From contig DAOUBT010000022.1 in NCBI GenBank assembly GCA_034432595.1, positions 10,600 to 74,599 on the forward strand: DNA of 64,000 nt. Reading direction: 5' to 3'. Of the stretch, positions 58,279-64,000 are shown piece after piece. The stretch's first letter is position 1. Each line of letters begins with the position of its first letter. The notes under the pieces are model-generated. The model saw nothing but the letters and a program-made list of their open reading frames with translations. It was not told the origin of the DNA and ran no database searches. This stretch comes from Anaerolineae bacterium (GTDB lineage Bacteria > Chloroflexota > Anaerolineae > B4-G1 > SLSP01). Both the position numbers and the translations under genes were made by a program.

Positions 58279-58947
58279 ATGCGGCCCAAAGTCATTCTTT
58301 TCAACGCCATCAGCGTGGATGGGCGCACCACGGGCTTCAATGTGGATATGGAAACTTTCTACGGGCTGGCCCAGCGCTGGAGCGAAGAGGCCTCGCTGGT
58401 AGGATGCGATACCTTCCTGGAAGCGCCCGAAGGTATGCCCGAAGATGACGCTTCGCCCCTCCCCCCGGCCAACCCTGAGGCCGATGACCCCCGTCCTGTC
58501 CTTGTCGTGCCGGATAGCCGTGGACGCTTGAAGAGCTGGCACTATCTGCGAAACCTGCCGTTATGGAAAGACTTCATCGCCCTGTGCACAGCCCGCACCC
58601 CTCAGGAGCATCTCCACTACCTTGAGCGCAAAGGGGTTCACATCATTATGGCAGGGGAGGATAAGGTTGACTTCCGGTAGGCGCTCTCCGTTCTGGCTTC
58701 CCGGTACGGCATCCACACCGTGCGTGTGGATAGCGGCGGCGTCCTCAACGGCGTGTTGCTGCGGGCTGGCCTGGTGGATGAGGTCCATCTGCTGATTCAC
58801 CCCTTGCTGTTGGGCGGCGCGTCCGCCAAGACCTTCTTCCAGGACCCGCGCCCTGACTCTGCTGACGCTATCACCTTGCACTTGCTGGGGGTCGAAACCC
58901 AACCTGACGGCCTACTGCTCCTGAGTTACGCCGTCAGGCAATCATGA
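58279..58947 (+). pseudogene. RibD C-terminal-domain / dihydrofolate-reductase-like reductase interrupted by a single in-frame TAG (58678-58680)
   Basis: ORFs 58279-58680 and 58720-58947 are in the same frame. Joined translation gives a ~222-aa RibD_C-like protein (KVILFNAISVDG ... DEVHLLIHPLLLGGAS). Confidence 0.6.
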
Positions 58948-58960
58948 ATGAAGTCTCGGC

Positions 58961-59114
58961 GGGGTGGGCGAAGGCAACGCCCTGGGTGGGCGAAGGCAAT
59001 GCCTTGGGTGGGCGAAGGCAATGCCTTGAATGGGCGAAGGCAATGCCTTGTAAGGCGAAGGCAATGCCCTGGGTGGGCGAAGGCAATGCGGCGAAGGCAA
59101 TGCCTTCGCCCTAC
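58961..59114. repeat. About 7 tandem copies of a 22-bp palindromic unit (gggtgggcgaaggcaatgcctt), same family as 23643-23697, filling the convergent junction before the Lon-like gene
   Basis: Direct reading. The final unit completes the palindrome ggcgaaggcaatgccttcgcc. Confidence 0.75.
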
Positions 59115-59117
59115 ATT

Positions 59118-61577
59118 TTATTGGCGGACCTTGCGCTTGCCCGGTGTCCTATACGCCGAAGGCCGGCGCCGCCTCTTTTCCGGCTCCTCCGCCCCGTCGT
59201 GACGCAGCGTGCGCGCAAATAAGCGTAAGCGCTCCAGCACCAGCGCGTGGATGCTCTCCGGCGGGAAGCGACCTTCCGCATCCGCCACGCCCGCCGGACG
59301 CCCCAAGACCAGCTCAAGCATCTCGTCCACGGTGCTCGCGGCGTACACGTGGAATTGCTCCGCGCGTACCGCTTCTACCACGTCGGGATGCAACATCAGC
59401 TCATGGCGGTTCGCAGCCGGGATTATCACGCCCTGCGTGCCGGTGAGGCCGCGCAGGCGACACGTCTCGAAGAAGCCTTCGATTTTCTCATTGATGCCAC
59501 CTACCGGCAGGACGTAACCGTGCTGATCAAAGGAGCCGGTGATGGCGATGTCCTGCCGCGCGGGCAAAGCAGCAAGGGCCGAAATCAACGCCACCAGTTC
59601 CGCGCAGGCGGCACTATCGCCTTCCACCATGCCATAGACCTGCTCAAAACTCAGGCTCGCCTCCATCGAAAGCCGCTGGCGGACGCCGTAATGCCCGTTG
59701 ATGTAGGAGATGAGCGTCATCACCCCCTTGCCGTGGATGGGACCGCCCAGGTGCACTTCGCGTTGCACATCCGTCACCGCGCCGCGCCCTGGATAGACCC
59801 GCGCCGTGATCCGGCTGGGCATCCCATACGCATAATCCCCATCCTCATAGATGGTAAGTCCGTTCACCTGCCCCACTACCGCGCCTTCAGTTTCCACCCG
59901 GTACAGCCCTTCCAGAATGTCCTGCCGATGCAGGCTTTCATCCTGATTGACGCGGTAGATGCGCTGTCGCAGCGCCTCATCTACGGTTTCCGCCGTCACC
60001 TGCGCTAAGTCTCGTTTCCTGGCCCAGTAATCCGCTTCCCGCAACAGGTCAGCCACCGCGCCAAAGCGCGTGGAAAGGCGCTGCTGATGGGCGCAGAGCC
60101 GCGCCCCATACTCGATGACGCGCGCCACCGCGTCCCGGCGGAAGGGCAGGAGCTGTTCGCTCGCGCAGCGGGCGCGCACAAAACACGCATACAGGCCCTC
60201 GTTCTCCTCGGTGCGCGCCATGTGCGTGCCAAAATCCGCGCGCACTTTGAAGAGTTCCGCAAAATCCGGATCGAGGTCCACCAGCGCGTAATAGGTCTCC
60301 GGCAGGCCGATGAGAATGACTTTGACGCGCAGGGGGATGGGTTCGGGCGTGATGATGCGCAGCGGCGTTTGTCCCTCTTCGGGACGCTCGATGCGCAGGA
60401 ATTGCAGGGCGAGGGCGCGCTTGAGGCCGTTCCATGCCGTGGGCGTCTCCAGCACATCCTCGGCGCGCAACACCAGAAAACCGCCATTGGCGCGATGCAA
60501 GGCCCCGGCACGGATGAGGGTGTAATCCGTGACGGTCGAACCGTAACGCACATCGAACTCTAAGCGCCCCAACAGGTTGTCGTGGGTGGGGTTATCCTCA
60601 AACACGATGGGGGCACCTTGCAAACGACTGTTATCCACCAGCAGATTGACGCGGTAGCGCAGCGAGGGAGCGACCTCCAGCAGCGACGCGCCCTCGTTCC
60701 GTTCGTCCTCTTCTGCCTCCTCCCCATCGCGGAAATTAGCGACGTTGGCAATGATGTCCTGTCGCACTTCCTCCAGGTATTCCGTTACCTCCGGATAGGC
60801 GGCATAGGTTGCACGCAGTTCCTCAAGCAGGGGGCGAATGGTGTAGTCCGCCACTTCACGATCGAGGTTTTCGATGGCGTCGTACACTTCGCGCTCGTGT
60901 TCACGCAGACGACGCAGGGCGTTATCGAGCAGTTCCTCCAGATGGTCGGAAATCGCCGTGAGGCGCTCGCGCTCCGCGGCGGGAAGCTGACTGAAGCTCT
61001 GCGAGTCCATGACCATGCCGTTCTGCACCGGCGCGATGTAGAGACCCGCCGGCGACCGGACCAACGTAAAGCCGGCTTCCTCGCAGGCATGTTCGACGGT
61101 GGCGAATTCTTGCTGTTGCACCTGACGCAACTGCTGCTCCAGACGCTCGCGTGCCTCGGCGTAGGAGTCGGTATCGAAAGCGCGGGGAATGCGCTCAATC
61201 AACTCGACATTGAAGCGTTCCATGTCCTCGCGGAAACGACGCCCCATCCCCGCGGGCAGGCGAATGGCGCGCGGACAGCGCGGGTCCACAAAATTGTTGA
61301 CGTACACCCAATCATCCGGCACGGGCAACTGCCGGGCGTAAGCCTCCAGCACCTGCCGCAGGATGGTCGTGCGTCCCGTGCCCTCCTCACCCACCATGAA
61401 AATGTTGTAGCCTGAACCCTGAATCTCCAGGCCGAAGCGCAAAGCCTGCACCGCGCGGTCTTGCCCAATGGTGACATCTTCGCAGGTAAGATCGGCAGTG
61501 GTTTCAAAAGGGAGGCGCGCCGGATCCTTCGCGCGGCGCAGATCAACGGCGGTGAGTCGAAGCGGATGGTCTGCCAT
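59118..61577 (-). CDS. Lon-like ATP-dependent protease (AAA+ module with large insert plus C-terminal S16 peptidase domain)
   Basis: Walker A GEEGTGRTT. C-terminal Lon-protease fold with GDSAACAELVALISAL (Ser) and GGINEKIEG (Lys). AAGGAG SD. Confidence 0.8.
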   Translation of the reverse strand: MADHPLRLTAVDLRRAKDPARLPFETTADLTCEDVTIGQDRAVQALRFGLEIQGSGYNIFMVGEEGTGRTTILRQVLEAYARQLPVPDDWVYVNNFVDPRCPRAIRLPAGMGRRFREDMERFNVELIERIPRAFDTDSYAEARERLEQQLRQVQQQEFATVEHACEEAGFTLVRSPAGLYIAPVQNGMVMDSQSFSQLPAAERERLTAISDHLEELLDNALRRLREHEREVYDAIENLDREVADYTIRPLLEELRATYAAYPEVTEYLEEVRQDIIANVANFRDGEEAEEDERNEGASLLEVAPSLRYRVNLLVDNSRLQGAPIVFEDNPTHDNLLGRLEFDVRYGSTVTDYTLIRAGALHRANGGFLVLRAEDVLETPTAWNGLKRALALQFLRIERPEEGQTPLRIITPEPIPLRVKVILIGLPETYYALVDLDPDFAELFKVRADFGTHMARTEENEGLYACFVRARCASEQLLPFRRDAVARVIEYGARLCAHQQRLSTRFGAVADLLREADYWARKRDLAQVTAETVDEALRQRIYRVNQDESLHRQDILEGLYRVETEGAVVGQVNGLTIYEDGDYAYGMPSRITARVYPGRGAVTDVQREVHLGGPIHGKGVMTLISYINGHYGVRQRLSMEASLSFEQVYGMVEGDSAACAELVALISALAALPARQDIAITGSFDQHGYVLPVGGINEKIEGFFETCRLRGLTGTQGVIIPAANRHELMLHPDVVEAVRAEQFHVYAASTVDEMLELVLGRPAGVADAEGRFPPESIHALVLERLRLFARTLRHDGAEEPEKRRRRPSAYRTPGKRKVRQ

Positions 61578-61672
61578 AGCTCAAGGCTCCTTATCAGCAA
61601 AAATGGGAGACGGATTAAGCGACAAACGCCGACCAGCCGCGTGCGCGGTGGTCGGCGTTGCGGTAGCGTGGC

Positions 61673-62788
61673 TTAGCGCCCCAGGTACATGGGCATGACG
61701 ACGTAGAGGTACCCCGTCTCGCCCAGGGGTTTGATGACGCCCGGCGCTTTTTGCGACGTGAGTTCAAGCATCACCTGCGGCTCGTCCAGGGCGGAAAGCA
61801 CGTCGGTGAGGTATTTCACGTTGAAGGTGATGTCTATGGGAGCGCCGTCGAGCACGGCGTCGAGACGGGTAAGGCCCTCGCCGGTCTCCGTGGCGCTTGA
61901 GGTGACGATCATCTCCCCCGGTGCAAGGGTCAGACGCACCATGTTGGCCGCGTCACGGGCGAAGATGGCCGCGCGCTTGCAGGCCTGCAGCCATTCCTCA
62001 CGGGAAACGACCACGCGCGTGTTGGAGGTGGTGGGAATGATGCGCCGGTAATCGGGGAAGGTGCCGTCAATGAGCTGCGCATTGAGCACCGTCGCACTCA
62101 GGCGGAAGATGACCTGATTGTGGTGGCGGGTCATGCCAATGGTGACCGCTTCATCCGTGCCGCTGAGGATGCGCATCAGTTCGGCGAGGGCGCGCGCGGG
62201 AATGATCACGCTGAATGGGTGGTTGATGGGGGCCAGCAAGGGCACGCGCTCCACCGCGATGCGGAAGCCGTCCCCAGCCACCAGGGTGACGCGCTCGCCC
62301 TCGAATTCAGCCAGCACGCCCATCAGCACGGGATGGGTCTCATCGGTCGCCGCGGCAAAAATGACGCGGTTCAGGCCACGTCGCAACTGCGAGGCCGCGA
62401 CGCTCACGCCGTCGAAATCTTCCAGCTCCGGGATGCCGGGGAAGTCCTCGGCAGACATGCCGCGGAATTGCGCGCTCACGCCGCTGCTCTGCAGGCTCAG
62501 GGTGAGCGAGGCAGGGTCGAGTGAGAGGTTGACCTGATCGGGAGCGAGTGAGTTGATCAGGTCAATGAAGTTGCGCGCCGGCACCGCGACCGCGCCCTCG
62601 GTTTCGATGCGCGCCCCCACCCAGTGGGTAATGCTCAGTTCCAGATTCGTCGCGGCCAGCTTCAATTGCCCGCGATCGGTAGCCAACAGAATCGTGCCCA
62701 GAATCGGCATGGCTGTGCGCGAAGGCACAGCGCGTCCGACCAGGCTCAAGCCCTTAGCGAGGTTGTCTTGCAAGCAAGAAAGCTTCAT
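61673..62788 (-). CDS. dnaN: DNA polymerase III beta sliding clamp
   Basis: MKLSCLQDNLAKGLSLVGRAV...MPILGTILL... Three-domain clamp length. GAGGAGG SD. Confidence 0.9.
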   Translation of the reverse strand: MKLSCLQDNLAKGLSLVGRAVPSRTAMPILGTILLATDRGQLKLAATNLELSITHWVGARIETEGAVAVPARNFIDLINSLAPDQVNLSLDPASLTLSLQSSGVSAQFRGMSAEDFPGIPELEDFDGVSVAASQLRRGLNRVIFAAATDETHPVLMGVLAEFEGERVTLVAGDGFRIAVERVPLLAPINHPFSVIIPARALAELMRILSGTDEAVTIGMTRHHNQVIFRLSATVLNAQLIDGTFPDYRRIIPTTSNTRVVVSREEWLQACKRAAIFARDAANMVRLTLAPGEMIVTSSATETGEGLTRLDAVLDGAPIDITFNVKYLTDVLSALDEPQVMLELTSQKAPGVIKPLGETGYLYVVMPMYLGR

Positions 62789-62904
62789 GGTGCGGCCTCC
62801 TCAACATACTGTGTATGTCTTAAGTATAGGCGAAGTCAGAAAGTCGTCAAATCGCCTTTTCCAGCTCTGTTGTAAAGCTTCCCGTCAGGCGGATCGCCAT
62901 CCGT

Positions 62905-63909
62905 TCAGCGCGAGCCGCCCCACCACGTGGGAGCGGAAGCTGAAGGGATGGTACGCAGCAGGGTGCGCTGCGCCATGTCGTAAACCCATACCTCCGGCTG
63001 CGGCGCGGGGTCGCCCATGGGCAGGCGCGCCAGGGCGAGATAAGCGCCATCAGGGGACCAGGCCGGGCGCACAAAAGCCGCCGCCGGATCGCCAGGCAAC
63101 GCTACCGGCGCGCCCCCCTCAAGCGGATAGAGCCAGGGCTGCACGCCTAAGGTCTCCGAGCCGCCCAGATCGGTGTGCGCGCCCGCCCCTGCCCCGTGCT
63201 CCAACAGGGCAAAACGGCGCTCGGTCACCAGCAGCCAGCGCCCATCCGGACTCCAGGCCAGGGCTTCACGCTGCACAAACACATCCGGCGGTTGATCAAG
63301 GCCGCGCGCAGCGAAGGGGTCCAATGTCACCAGAACGACATCGCCGGAGGCCAGGAGCAAGGCGAGGCGCGTCCCATCGGGCGCCCAGGCGGGCCGTCCG
63401 CGCACGGCGTAGTCCAGCGTGGTGGTGACGGTGTGAGCAACATCCAGCAGGGCGAGGCGCGTCTGTTGCGGAACGGCGAGCGTTGCGCCCACGGGCGACC
63501 AGGCCGGTTCGCCGACGGTCTCGATGCCGGTATCCCGTGCCCCGTCTGCGCGTGTCCACAGCCAGAGGTGACCCGTCTCGCTTTCGCCCTCGACCCAGGC
63601 TAACACGGCGCCATCCGCCGACCAGCTTAAAGCGCGGCAGGAGGTAGCACAGGTGCGAAGGTGGGCAAGGCGGCGTCCATCCCATAGCCCCAAGGCCCCC
63701 GCGGAAAGGACGGCCAGCTCCCGCCCCACGGCGTAGCCTTCCACACCGGTGTAGAGCGCGTCCGCAGTTTCGGCGGTGGCATCGGCATAACGGAGCAACG
63801 TCCATGACGTATCGTCGCCACGCTGAACGAGGTACAGGCCGCCCGGCAACGTCCGCGTGGCCGGGGTACAGGCCACCAGCAGCATCAGGATCAAAAGAAG
63901 CGCCAGCAC
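62905..63909 (-). CDS. Lipoprotein with TolB-like / PD40 beta-propeller repeats. Start uncertain (GTG 63909; frame stays open toward the window end).
   Basis: Lipobox LLVAC. Repeated W-x-x-DG (WSPDGRWLLV, WAPDGTRLAL, WSADGAVLAW, WSPDGAYLAL). Confidence 0.55.
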   Translation of the reverse strand: MLALLLILMLLVACTPATRTLPGGLYLVQRGDDTSWTLLRYADATAETADALYTGVEGYAVGRELAVLSAGALGLWDGRRLAHLRTCATSCRALSWSADGAVLAWVEGESETGHLWLWTRADGARDTGIETVGEPAWSPVGATLAVPQQTRLALLDVAHTVTTTLDYAVRGRPAWAPDGTRLALLLASGDVVLVTLDPFAARGLDQPPDVFVQREALAWSPDGRWLLVTERRFALLEHGAGAGAHTDLGGSETLGVQPWLYPLEGGAPVALPGDPAAAFVRPAWSPDGAYLALARLPMGDPAPQPEVWVYDMAQRTLLRTIPSASAPTWWGGSR

Positions 63910-64000
63910 GGTTCGGGGGCGATGAGAGGGCCTGTAAGCGCCAGGGGCCGGGAGGACGCGAAAAGACCCGGCAGGCAGGTCGCCACGGCAACAGGCTTCC

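Noticed and set aside
58944-59222. ORFs with repeated GWAKAMPWVGEGNA peptides
   Set aside because: They are translations of the 22-bp tandem repeat array.
59118-61577. BREX BrxL assignment for the Lon-like gene
   Set aside because: No other BREX genes (pglX, pglZ, brxA/B/C) are in the flanks. The neighbours are dnaN and a riboflavin-reductase-like gene.
62905-63909. Alternative longer N-terminus for the propeller lipoprotein extending toward the window end
   Set aside because: The frame stays open upstream but contains no ATG/GTG/TTG before the window edge region. The lipobox-containing signal peptide begins at GTG 63909, so that start is kept, flagged as uncertain.

Overview
This is a high-GC (about 65-68%) bacterial chromosomal segment. 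Codon usage, Pro/Thr-rich linkers and gene content suggest a Chloroflexota-like organism, but that is inference only. The window is densely coding and mostly housekeeping. I can support about 45 protein genes and one RNA gene.

The genes, in order:
- a 5'-truncated giant cell-wall amidase with FN3/Ig-like domains;
- a minus-strand MoxR - DUF58 - transglutaminase (TgpA-like) cluster, followed on the same strand by a radical SAM enzyme and a lipoprotein;
- a PDZ-containing hybrid sensor kinase;
- a B12-binding radical SAM protein with a C-terminal ~230-aa extension, translationally coupled by a GTGA overlap to an IMPACT/YigZ protein;
- a YiiX-like permuted papain-fold protein, an RsmC/RlmG-type methyltransferase, MoeA, the queuosine-precursor transporter YhhQ, Era, DNA polymerase III delta-prime, a THEP1-like NTPase and a tmRNA (ssrA) gene;
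- a maltodextrin-type ABC uptake locus with a GH13 hydrolase and a GT39-like protein fused to a propeller domain;
- a low-GC islet encoding a small nuclease-like protein, with MFS and EamA transporters just downstream;
- a multi-GAF sensor kinase, PfkA, an M24 peptidase and a heterodimeric ABC exporter pair;
- a histidine-kinase / LiaF-like / DcyD / paralog-pair operon;
- pyruvate kinase, an amber-interrupted RibD_C gene, a Lon-like protease and DnaN.

Non-genic structure is unusually rich:
- Three convergent-gene junctions are each filled by a different array of GC-rich palindromic repeats (4149-4312, 55932-56130, 58961-59114). The last family recurs at 23643-23697.
- There is a ~108-bp MITE-like element with 13-bp terminal inverted repeats and a 6-bp duplication at 27753-27872.
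- There are several near-consensus sigma70-type promoters.
- A 33-codon hydrophobic micro-ORF has its own promoter and SD.

I found no CRISPR array and no rRNA or tRNA. The most system-like candidates of unknown function are the rSAM-IMPACT coupled pair, the HK/LiaF-like/DcyD/paralog operon, the MoxR-DUF58-TgpA-rSAM-lipoprotein string and the low-GC nuclease islet. All four are flagged as hypotheses.
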